From contig JBBSGK010000004.1 in the NCBI GenBank assembly GCA_038254115.1, positions 4,227 through 68,226 on the forward strand: DNA of 64,000 nt, read 5' to 3'. Origin of the DNA: Candidatus Levyibacteriota bacterium. GTDB lineage: Bacteria > Patescibacteriota > Microgenomatia > Levybacterales > UBA12049. A model generated the notes under the pieces. It was not told the DNA's origin. It ran no database searches and saw only the letters and a list, made by a program, of their open reading frames with translations. Of this stretch, positions 8,669 through 16,444 are shown in pieces. Numbering within the stretch: position 1 is the first letter of the stretch; every line of letters begins with the position of its first letter. A program made the position numbers and the translations under genes.

Positions 8669-8696
8669 TTGACAAATAAAAAGTTTGTACTACAAT
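8669..8696 (+). promoter_or_regulatory. sigma-70-like promoter (TTGACA, 16-nt spacer, TACAAT) driving small plus-strand ORFs
   Basis: TTGACA at 8669-8674, 16-nt spacer, TACAAT at 8691-8696. It diverges from secE. Confidence 0.4.
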
Positions 8697-8701
8697 CACA
8701 A

Positions 8702-8902
8702 ATGGAGGAAAGCACGCGTATGTTTGAACGAAGATCCAGAGATGAATCTACAGTATTGCCCGAAGTTGTTGAACCACTTAGAAGATTTTTAATTAGGGAA
8801 GGTCGGCAGTATGTGGATCCTGCAAAATTAAAGAAACCCAACCGCCCAAATCCTAGAACCAGACGCAGTAGGCGGAGAAGAGCTGCCGATAAAGGTAATT
8901 AA
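8702..8902 (+). CDS. small Arg-rich basic protein, hypothetical
   Basis: The ATG lies a few nt after the predicted transcription start (MEESTRMFERRSRDESTVLPEVVEPLRRFLIREGRQYVDPAKLKKPNRPNPRTRRSRRRRAADKGN). An alternative start is the ATG at 8720, 11 nt after a GGAGG. Confidence 0.35.
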   Translation: MEESTRMFERRSRDESTVLPEVVEPLRRFLIREGRQYVDPAKLKKPNRPNPRTRRSRRRRAADKGN

Positions 8903-8977
8903 AACTTTATTAAATCAATCAGTTATTTCAAATATTGAATAAAAAGAGTTATATTTTACTGAAAATATATTAAATAT

Positions 8978-9199
8978 ATGGAGCGTATATTAAGAGAAGG
9001 TCATGTTAAGGGAGATGTTATAAGAGTCCGTAGCGCTGGTAATAGAGTTAAGGGAACGGTTGATATGGGTGAAACAGGGCACATAGAAGTTTTATCATCA
9101 GATCAGGCCAAATGGCAATATGATGAGGACGTGGCAAAAAGACGTTCACGGCAGGGAAACGCTCGGCAACAAGGTAGGGGAAGAAGGGGTGGGTCCTAA
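8978..9199 (+). CDS. small Arg-rich basic protein, hypothetical
   Basis: 73-aa ORF with an Arg/Gly-rich C-terminus (RRSRQGNARQQGRGRRGGS). No recognisable family. Confidence 0.35.
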   Translation: MERILREGHVKGDVIRVRSAGNRVKGTVDMGETGHIEVLSSDQAKWQYDEDVAKRRSRQGNARQQGRGRRGGS

Positions 9200-9253
9200 T
9201 TCTTATTTCTCTATCTTTGCAAAAGGAGCAAGAAACATTATAATATCCACATA

Positions 9254-10135
9254 ATGCGTAAAAAGATCCGTAAAGCTGTTATTCCCGCTGCCGGGTTTGG
9301 TACCCGGTTTTTGCCTCAAACAAAGGCCATGCCCAAGGAAATGCTCCCGATTGTCGATAAGCCTGTGATCCAATACGTTGCCGAGGAAGCTGTAGCATCA
9401 GGGATAAAGGATATTATTATAGTGACAGGATCACTGAAGAGGGCGATCGAAGATCACTTTGATGCACCCAATTCAGATCTTATCAAAAATCTGGAAGTAG
9501 CGGGTAAGGACAAACTTCTCGCCCAGACAAGAGCTATCTCTGAGATGGCCAATTTTATATACATCCGCCAAAAAGGCATGTATGGCAACGGGACACCTGT
9601 TCTATCTGCGGAACCAGCGATTGAAGATGAATTCTTCGCAGTACTCTGGGGAGATGAGTTTATTTATAGTAATCCGCCAAGGCTTTCCCAGATGCTTGCA
9701 GTGCACGAGCAGTATGGCGGCGCTGTTATATCAGGTGTGCGGATTGAGAATAAAGAAGACCTAAGGCGCTATGGAATTGCGGAGGTGGAAGAAGTCAAGG
9801 GAAATGTTTTTAAGATAAAGAAGATAATCGAGAAGCCTCATCCCGATAAAGCTCCATCCAATCTTGCAACCCACGGCGCATACATTCTACCGCCTGAAAT
9901 CTTCGGAATCCTGAGAGATCAAAAGCCGGGGACAGGTGGAGAAATTTATTTACCGGAAGCTATAGATCAGCTCATCAAAACAGGCTATCCCGTATACGCA
10001 TGTGAGATAGAAAACGGCAAATATTTTGATACCGGGAATAAGCTTGAGTACATGAAGACAGTAGTCGAGTTTGCACTAAATCATGAAGATATAAGTGAAG
10101 ATTTCCGCACATTCCTCAAAGAGCTGAAGATTTAG
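9254..10135 (+). CDS. galU: UTP-glucose-1-phosphate uridylyltransferase
   Basis: N-terminal KAVIPAAGFGTRFLPQTKAMPKEMLPIVDKPVIQYVAEEAVASGI is the classic GalU nucleotide-binding signature. Confidence 0.9.
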   Translation: MRKKIRKAVIPAAGFGTRFLPQTKAMPKEMLPIVDKPVIQYVAEEAVASGIKDIIIVTGSLKRAIEDHFDAPNSDLIKNLEVAGKDKLLAQTRAISEMANFIYIRQKGMYGNGTPVLSAEPAIEDEFFAVLWGDEFIYSNPPRLSQMLAVHEQYGGAVISGVRIENKEDLRRYGIAEVEEVKGNVFKIKKIIEKPHPDKAPSNLATHGAYILPPEIFGILRDQKPGTGGEIYLPEAIDQLIKTGYPVYACEIENGKYFDTGNKLEYMKTVVEFALNHEDISEDFRTFLKELKI

Positions 10136-10503
10136 GCTTGATCTATTTTTCTAATTCTAACTTTACCATGGTTGGTTAAAGTCCAGGATCTTATACTAAC
10201 AAGGCTTGGTCCATCGGGATCAATTGATGCAATATGGGTTCGTGCATAGCCCCATTTAGTTAGGGTTGACAATGTCTCAAATACACGAGGTTTAAAAGTA
10301 GGGGTAGAATGTGTATCTACAAGTTCGTCAAAGTGGTGTGAAGCAGAGTCTCCTGCCTGACGGTTTAATAACCGCAAACAATCAGCTTCAAACGGACTTA
10401 ATATTTTGGGTACTCTCCGCCTTTTTCCATTCTGCCACTCGTTAATCATCTGGCGTTTTTCTTGTCCTTCCGATTTTTCTCTTTCTACCATAGCGAGCCG
10501 CAT
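10132..10503 (-). CDS. hypothetical protein (Arg-rich)
   Basis: 123-aa ORF, convergent with and overlapping the galU stop. No confident family. Confidence 0.5.
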   Translation of the reverse strand: MRLAMVEREKSEGQEKRQMINEWQNGKRRRVPKILSPFEADCLRLLNRQAGDSASHHFDELVDTHSTPTFKPRVFETLSTLTKWGYARTHIASIDPDGPSLVSIRSWTLTNHGKVRIRKIDQA

Positions 10504-10530
10504 TATAGCATTTATTAATCACATTGGCAT

Positions 10531-10927
10531 TTTTATTTGCACTTTTTGCAGAAAAAGTGCCCAAAACTGCCGCCGGGTCTAGCTCCAGCTTTTTGAAATC
10601 TCACTCGTTCCCTAAAAGAGCCAGTCTTCGCTGCGCTTGCTTTTCCTCTTTTCCTGCCTGCCGGCAGACGTTCACTCATTCATTTCTCATGCAGTCGCTC
10701 GAATCGGCGGATACTATTTAGGCCTACCGTAATTCGGCAATTCGAGCATGCGTTAAAGAAATATGACTAATGAGCGTTAAGAAAACTGAAAAGTGAAGTG
10801 AAACTGAACGTAGTTTTTAGCGAAGAGGAAATATTTCTAGCACGCGCAGACCTGCCGACGCTTTTCGTTCTTTGTGCGCACAAAGAATAATAGAAAAGAA
10901 ATATTGCTGCAAAAAGTGCAATAAAAA
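10531..10927. mobile_element. MITE-like non-coding element of about 397 bp with 21-bp terminal inverted repeats
   Basis: The left end TTTTATTTGCACTTTTTGCAG (10531-10551) and the reverse complement of the right end CTGCAAAAAGTGCAATAAAAA (10907-10927) match at 19 of 21 positions. The interior carries no consistent ORF. A roughly 150-bp internal segment (10566-10716) recurs at 30866-31010. Confidence 0.5.
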
Positions 10928-10977
10928 ACATTATATTTACACAAAGAACAGATGAGAGAATTTGCTATACTAGTTAA

Positions 10978-11628
10978 ATGCCCAGGAAGTATTTGTTGAT
11001 TTTATCAGGAACTATATTATTTTTCATCTTTATCCTTTTCTCATATCTGGTGCACAAGAATCATTTTACTGCAACAGACTTTAATACAACTGTACGTATC
11101 CAAGACCGGATGCCGAGAAGGTTTGATAATATTTTTTCAACATTCAGTGATATCGGAAAAGTTGAAGTGATGTCTATCATTTTGTTAATAGTTTTGATCA
11201 TCTCAAGAAAAATTATCCGAGGTTTGATTGCTGTTGGATTGTACGTCGGATTTCATCTGATTGAGATTTACGGGAAGTTTTTTGTTTCTCATCCGCCGCC
11301 GCCGCAATTTATGCTCAGGACCAAACATATTATTGATTTTCCCCAGTTTCATGTGCGACTTGAAAATTCTTATCCGTCGGGACATGCGGGGAGGACACTT
11401 TTCCTATCAACGATTTTGATAATATTAATATATAACAGCAAAAAATTTTCTAAGGCGCTAAAAATAGGCTTGATCGGTTTAATAGTTTGTTTTGATATCA
11501 CTATGCTGGTTTCGCGCGTGTATCTGGGAGAGCACTGGACATCTGACGTGATAGGAGGAGCGGTACTGGGAGCAGGTTTGGGATTGGTAAGCGGGGGAGC
11601 GCTTACAAAAGCTTGGTTAGAAAGATGA
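10978..11628 (+). CDS. PAP2-family phosphatase (phosphatidic acid / undecaprenyl-PP phosphatase-like)
   Basis: PAP2 motifs PSGH (SYPSGHAGRTLF) and SRxxxxxHxxxD (SRVYLGEHWTSDVIGG); polytopic membrane protein. Confidence 0.8.
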   Translation: MPRKYLLILSGTILFFIFILFSYLVHKNHFTATDFNTTVRIQDRMPRRFDNIFSTFSDIGKVEVMSIILLIVLIISRKIIRGLIAVGLYVGFHLIEIYGKFFVSHPPPPQFMLRTKHIIDFPQFHVRLENSYPSGHAGRTLFLSTILIILIYNSKKFSKALKIGLIGLIVCFDITMLVSRVYLGEHWTSDVIGGAVLGAGLGLVSGGALTKAWLER

Positions 11629-12390
11629 TTTGTTGTTATAATTTTGCGCGCTGGAATCATTATCAGAATTAATGGAATCTCCACCACTAAACAGTGGTGA
11701 ATAATTGGCAAGGAGAAGTAGGACACCTGTAACTATCAGCAGTATTTTAATAGTTTTATTCTTCATAGCCATATAAAAACTAGGATAGGTGTCTGAGAGA
11801 TAGAAGCTATAAATATTTTGAGCCAAGTCTATTCTTATTGAATCACGGTTGAACTCATAAAGGCTTTCAGGATACTTACCTGTAAAGAGGATTGCAAACC
11901 AAGAAATAACCACAGCCACATAGGATCCATTTTGAATAACGCTTTGGAATATTAAATAGGGAATAAGCAAAATAATTCTAATTAGAAAACCAATTAGAGG
12001 AAAGGCCAACAAACGGCTGGGAGCAGTAGGTTTGTCAATTTTCAATGTAAAGATTCCATTATCATCCAGTCCAAATCCCGGATATTTGTCCGTCAACCCG
12101 TAAACATATAGATTTATTTTTGTGGTAAATTTCATATATTTTAGGTTAAAGTCATATGCTGAGTCCCAATATTTTCCGGTAAACAAGATAACAAACGGAG
12201 TCCCAATCATGTATATGGAAGCTACGAGAGAATAGGCAAAATTCACAAATGCAACCGGAATCAAAAGAATTATTTTTATAAGTATTCCTATGAAGGGAAA
12301 AGCAAGAAGTCGGCTGGGGTTTTCATTATTTTTTATAATCAGCTGGGGATATATATTTTGCTTTACGTTTTTCTTTTCGGCCATATCCAC
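11617..12390 (-). CDS. membrane protein with an internal tandem duplication (DUF4389-like)
   Basis: Two homologous halves, each with PSRLLAFP..IG.LI.IILLIP...LFTGKY....Y.FN. Confidence 0.55.
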   Translation of the reverse strand: MDMAEKKNVKQNIYPQLIIKNNENPSRLLAFPFIGILIKIILLIPVAFVNFAYSLVASIYMIGTPFVILFTGKYWDSAYDFNLKYMKFTTKINLYVYGLTDKYPGFGLDDNGIFTLKIDKPTAPSRLLAFPLIGFLIRIILLIPYLIFQSVIQNGSYVAVVISWFAILFTGKYPESLYEFNRDSIRIDLAQNIYSFYLSDTYPSFYMAMKNKTIKILLIVTGVLLLLANYSPLFSGGDSINSDNDSSAQNYNNKSSF

Positions 12391-12447
12391 AGACTAATCA
12401 AGTGGAGCGTACTTGTCAAGCAGGAATAAATATGCTAATCTAGTATT

Positions 12448-12681
12448 ATGAATCTGCAGGACACTTTCTACATTTTGGGAATAGTATTTATGTCGTTCAG
12501 CATTGTGATACTTATCGCGATTGCTATTCTGATTTTTTATCTCAAAAAAAGAGTTGAGGAAATTCATAAATTTGTTGATAATAAAATTGAGGAGATTTCA
12601 ACAGTTACAAATCCAATTAAGAATGCAGTAGGTTTTGCCAGCTCTTTTTTCTCAAGTAAATCCAAAAAGACAAAGAACTAA
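12448..12681 (+). CDS. small single-pass membrane protein, hypothetical
   Basis: 77 aa with one TM helix (ILGIVFMSFSIVILIAIAILIFYL). Confidence 0.4.
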   Translation: MNLQDTFYILGIVFMSFSIVILIAIAILIFYLKKRVEEIHKFVDNKIEEISTVTNPIKNAVGFASSFFSSKSKKTKN

Positions 12682-12689
12682 TAAAGAAT

Positions 12690-13256
12690 TTGACCAAGCT
12701 ATTTATTCCAATTCTTCTCGGAACTGTACGCCCCAAGCGTGAATCCATAAAAGCCGCAAATTTGATTGAGAAAGTAGGAAAGACGATTAAGGAGATAGAA
12801 GTTTCATTAGTCGATCCGAAGGATTACAATTTTCCCTACGATGGCAATGATCCTGAGAACAAAGACCCGCGCTATTCAAAGCTGACAAAAAAAGCTGATG
12901 GATTTTTTATAGTGACACCGGAATATAATCACAGCTTTCCCGGAACTTTGAAAAGAATGCTCGACTCAGAGCTCAAAAATTACATCCATAAGCCTGTTGC
13001 ATTTGCCGGTGTTTCCAATGGAATTTTTGGGGGAGCCCGGGCTATTGAATCGCTCACCCATACAGTACGTGAGATGGGGCTTGTTCCTACTTTTTCAGAT
13101 GTCTATTTTCCGCAAATTCAGAATCTATTTGATGAAAAAGGAGAGATAATTGATAAGGGATATGTGAAAAGAATTGAGAGGGGATTTGCCGAGCTGATCT
13201 GGATGAGCAAAGCGTTGAAGTGGGGACGGGAGAATCTGGAAAGTATTTATCACTAA
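12690..13256 (+). CDS. NADPH-dependent FMN reductase (flavodoxin-like fold)
   Basis: ...FFIVTPEYNHSFPGTLKRMLD... is the NADPH-dependent FMN reductase signature. The 3' end (ELIWMSKALKWGRENLESIYH*) is repeated twice downstream. Confidence 0.8.
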   Translation: MTKLFIPILLGTVRPKRESIKAANLIEKVGKTIKEIEVSLVDPKDYNFPYDGNDPENKDPRYSKLTKKADGFFIVTPEYNHSFPGTLKRMLDSELKNYIHKPVAFAGVSNGIFGGARAIESLTHTVREMGLVPTFSDVYFPQIQNLFDEKGEIIDKGYVKRIERGFAELIWMSKALKWGRENLESIYH

Positions 13257-13921
13257 GAAGTTGCAAATTCAGGCATTGGTATATCCGCAAAGCGTGGTAC
13301 AAGTTCAGGATTAAGTTCCGGATCCCGGACAGCTCTATTTATAAGTATCAAAGATTCTGCAACATTTCTTTGCAACTCTTCAATTTGATACCATGGGCTT
13401 TCTTCATCCCCAAGTGTGAATCCAGCACCATTTAGCCCTAGGTCTTGCAGCGATTCACGATCCAAGACTTTACCGTACTGGTGGTCAGAATGGTAATTTA
13501 TTTCATGTAGTGGTGTCTCATCAGGTTTAAAGCTGTAATTAATTGTTATAGTACGCATGTCATCCCACTTCGCATCGTCATAACTAACATTCCTGCTTGG
13601 CCTCCCATAAATTTCGGCAACTATCCTGCCGCTTCCATATAATGGTAAAGTAGCTGCTCCAAGATTAACTGGTGTTGAGAAAGCTCTTTTGTTATCTTCA
13701 TTGCCAATGACTTTTAAAAGATCGATTCCTCCTTCGACTAATGATTGTTGTCTTTCAAGAGCAGCAATTTGAAACCGTCTATCAGCAGGATCAATCTCGC
13801 CGTTTTTGACTTTATGATGAGTTTCTGCTCGTTTGAGATGCACTCTCTTTTCTATCATTTGAGCCCTGAGTCTTTCGGGATTCATAAGTATATAGTATAT
13901 CACATAAATGCAATATAGCAA
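13253..13921 (-). CDS. hypothetical protein (cassette gene 1; Arg-rich)
   Basis: 222-aa ORF, convergent with the FMN reductase, stop overlapping its stop. No family recognised. Confidence 0.55.
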   Translation of the reverse strand: MLYCIYVIYYILMNPERLRAQMIEKRVHLKRAETHHKVKNGEIDPADRRFQIAALERQQSLVEGGIDLLKVIGNEDNKRAFSTPVNLGAATLPLYGSGRIVAEIYGRPSRNVSYDDAKWDDMRTITINYSFKPDETPLHEINYHSDHQYGKVLDRESLQDLGLNGAGFTLGDEESPWYQIEELQRNVAESLILINRAVRDPELNPELVPRFADIPMPEFATS

Positions 13922-13976
13922 TAGACAAATTGCGTTAAGCCAAATATTATTTAGTCTTATAGATTTTTTTAATTAT

Positions 13977-14072
13977 TTTGCCAGGCGAATCGAAAAAGTT
14001 TACACCGAGCTGATCTCGTTGGCAAAGAGTCTGAAATGGGGACGGGAGAATTTGAAAAGTATTTATCACTGA
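13977..14072 (+). pseudogene. degenerate duplicate of the FMN-reductase 3' terminus (fragment B)
   Basis: In-frame fragment RIEKVYTELISLAKSLKWGRENLKSIYH* versus genuine RIERGFAELIWMSKALKWGRENLESIYH*. Roughly 80% nt identity with 13165-13256. No upstream remainder of the gene. Confidence 0.7.
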
Positions 14073-14872
14073 GCATCGGGATCTTGCGGATTCTCTTCAT
14101 CAGAAATTGGATTAAGCATCTCCCGGAGCTTGCGTCTTGCTCTCATCAGTTTTAATCTGACTCCGTCTTCGCTAGTACCGAGAACATCTGCGATCTCTTG
14201 TATTGAAAAAAGTCCACTTTCAACAAGATTGACTACAATACGAGGGTCAAATATGACATGTTCAGTATGGTTTGGTGAATCCGAATCCGCATTATTTTTT
14301 TGTTTTTTATTATAATATTGTTTGGCTACTTCTTCTCCTAAAGCATTTACTCTGGTTTTTAATGTATCTAATTCCGGAATCTCCTCTAAGCTACTGCATA
14401 CCACGTTTAAAGCTTCAATGATATCACTTTTTAGATTACCCCTCCTGGGCAAATGGGGCAAAAGGGTATATCCAGCACTCACTAATAAATCAACGCGGTC
14501 ATGAGGACTTATGGAATCATCTTCAGTTTTAAGTGCTTTCAAATACATCTTTGCTAAAATACTGGGCGCTACTTTTTTTTGATTCAATGGTATCATTTCA
14601 AGTAATTTTAAAGCTCCTCTTCTTTGGCGGATAATCCACGGATTTTCAGTTTGCCCACTTATACCAGAAAGCAACTCTCTAGTTAGATTCGCAGTTTGCC
14701 CGTTTGACCTCTCAGAATAATGATCCAATTCTGTCCTGATACCGCTCATTAGGAGCTTGCGTTTCGGATCGCGTTCATTCAATAAAAGTGATAATAGGCT
14801 ATCTTTTTCTAGGATTCCTGCGACTAAAATACGATGGGGCTGCATTCTTAATTCTTTTCTCTCGTATTGCAT
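14066..14872 (-). CDS. hypothetical protein with a C-terminal sigma-70 region-4-like HTH (cassette gene 2)
   Basis: 268 aa. The C-terminus LFSIQEIADVLGTSEDGVRLKLMRARRKLREML resembles sigma-factor region 4.2. Its stop overlaps the fragment B stop. Confidence 0.55.
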   Translation of the reverse strand: MQYERKELRMQPHRILVAGILEKDSLLSLLLNERDPKRKLLMSGIRTELDHYSERSNGQTANLTRELLSGISGQTENPWIIRQRRGALKLLEMIPLNQKKVAPSILAKMYLKALKTEDDSISPHDRVDLLVSAGYTLLPHLPRRGNLKSDIIEALNVVCSSLEEIPELDTLKTRVNALGEEVAKQYYNKKQKNNADSDSPNHTEHVIFDPRIVVNLVESGLFSIQEIADVLGTSEDGVRLKLMRARRKLREMLNPISDEENPQDPDAQ

Positions 14873-14903
14873 AGGTAGTGCATTGTAAGAAATAAGAACT
14901 ATA

Positions 14904-14954
14904 ATGTCAAACGGATCGGAGGGAAGGGAGAATTTGAAAAGTATTTATCATTGA
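14904..14954 (+). pseudogene. second, shorter degenerate duplicate of the FMN-reductase 3' terminus (fragment C)
   Basis: MSNGSEGRENLKSIYH*. It matches fragment B at 27 of 28 nt over GGGAGAATTTGAAAAGTATTTATCA. Confidence 0.6.
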
Positions 14955-14958
14955 CTCA

Positions 14959-15621
14959 TCAATTATCATAAACCCTTACTGCAATATCCGGATTTCCGTA
15001 GACTAACGCAGCATCACAAGATCGGAACCAAATATCCAATTGTGTACCGTAACCGTATGTATCATCAATTATAAATCTGTGACCTGCCATCGGACCGGAT
15101 AGGACATCTACATGTGCCCTTTGTGGTTCATCGTTCATGGCAATATCTCCTTCTTTTGCCAATCCCACACCTGAGTTTGTGTCACAATATGCAGTTGATT
15201 TTACAGTACGATCGTGAAAGGTAGAGGATGGATTAGGACTAGAGGCCAACGGATAGGAATCTGTTGTGCTAGCTGAGGTAGGTTCAGTGAAGGTCGGCTC
15301 GGTTTTAGTCGCCGTTTCTTTTGGGGGTGGTGCGGTTATTTCGGGTGAAGCTGTTGGGGGAGGAGCTACAAAAATGGTACTTGTAGATGTATCAGGATTT
15401 ACAAAAATTGTTGTTGAAGTTGGAATTGTACGGGAGGTTGGTTCTACCGCACGCAGGCCTGATGTCACAATAGTTGCACGGTTGTCTACGTGTCTTGCAG
15501 CTGCAACACCTGCGGCTGATTCGGTTAGTGAAACAAATAACATGGCTGAGCGGAATGTTTTTGATCTAAAAAGCCTATTTATCCTATCGGAACGAGCTCC
15601 TTGTTCATGACTTATTCTCAT
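14959..15621 (-). CDS. hypothetical secreted/anchored protein with a Pro/Thr/Ala-rich linker (cassette gene 3)
   Basis: 220 aa. N-terminal hydrophobic segment AMLFVSLTESAAGVAAA, PT-rich stalk, and an approximately 90-aa C-terminal domain. Confidence 0.5.
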   Translation of the reverse strand: MRISHEQGARSDRINRLFRSKTFRSAMLFVSLTESAAGVAAARHVDNRATIVTSGLRAVEPTSRTIPTSTTIFVNPDTSTSTIFVAPPPTASPEITAPPPKETATKTEPTFTEPTSASTTDSYPLASSPNPSSTFHDRTVKSTAYCDTNSGVGLAKEGDIAMNDEPQRAHVDVLSGPMAGHRFIIDDTYGYGTQLDIWFRSCDAALVYGNPDIAVRVYDN

Positions 15622-15675
15622 TTTATTAAGCTCAAAATAACATCTGGGAGCTTATATGTCAAATTATTAAGGCTA

Positions 15676-16380
15676 TTAGCGGATGTCGCTTAGATCCTGG
15701 GGTTTTTTGAATGCGAATTGGTTTATGTAGCCCGGAAGGTATGAAAGCATGCCTTTTAAAAAGCCATTTTTTACGCGTCTGCCATCAACTATAACGGGGA
15801 AACGGATAAATTTTATTTTCCCAAGCTTGTTAACACGGTTGGCAAGGTCAATGTCCTCATTGCTCAATAGGGCGGGATTGAACTCTCCTGCTTTTTTGTA
15901 ATCATCTGATCGTATGGCGAAGTTGAATCCTGTCAGCCAAAAGTGCCCGGCAAAAAGACGGTAGGCTACCATCGCGGTTGGTTGAATAATGTCGAAACAT
16001 ATATTGGTCCACCTAGAACAATCCTCAATTCTTCCAGTACCTGTAACTGCTACTATATTTTTGTCGGATAGAGGAGCTGTCAATTTCTCAATCCAATCTC
16101 GTGGCGCAATACTGTCTCCATCAAGAGATAGAATTATCTCGCCCTTTGCTTTCCGGAATCCTGCAAATCGTGCTGAACCGCGTCCTTTCACAGGCTCTTT
16201 AATTACTTTTAGATCGAGTTTATCTTTATACTTATTTGCAGTTTCAAAAGTTCTATCAGCCGAGCCATTGTCCACGACAATTACCTCATAAGGTTTATCA
16301 GTAGTTTGGTCGATGAGGGATTCAATACATCTGCCTATTGTTTTCTCTTCATTGTAGGCGGGGATAACTATAGATATCAT
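15676..16380 (-). CDS. family 2 glycosyltransferase
   Basis: MISIVIPAYNEEKTIGRCIESL...VIVVDNGSADRT is the GT2 N-terminal signature, with a DGD motif. Confidence 0.85.
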   Translation of the reverse strand: MISIVIPAYNEEKTIGRCIESLIDQTTDKPYEVIVVDNGSADRTFETANKYKDKLDLKVIKEPVKGRGSARFAGFRKAKGEIILSLDGDSIAPRDWIEKLTAPLSDKNIVAVTGTGRIEDCSRWTNICFDIIQPTAMVAYRLFAGHFWLTGFNFAIRSDDYKKAGEFNPALLSNEDIDLANRVNKLGKIKFIRFPVIVDGRRVKNGFLKGMLSYLPGYINQFAFKKPQDLSDIR

Positions 16381-16444
16381 ATTTTATAAATTCCAAGTTC
16401 TAATTACCAATATCTAATAAATTGACAAATTTTACAAGTGCAAA

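Noticed and set aside
8604-8699. N-terminal 32 codons of the 96-aa secE ORF, and the 77-aa minus ORF at 8608-8841
   Set aside because: The upstream part has no SecE similarity and overlaps a plus-strand consensus promoter. I trimmed secE to the internal ATG at 8601-8603.
10524-10721. 65-aa ORF over MITE copy 1 and the 75-aa ORF (30787-31014) over copy 2
   Set aside because: The two DNA copies are about 85% identical, but the ORFs are in different frames and encode unrelated peptides. The conservation is therefore at the nucleotide level and non-coding.
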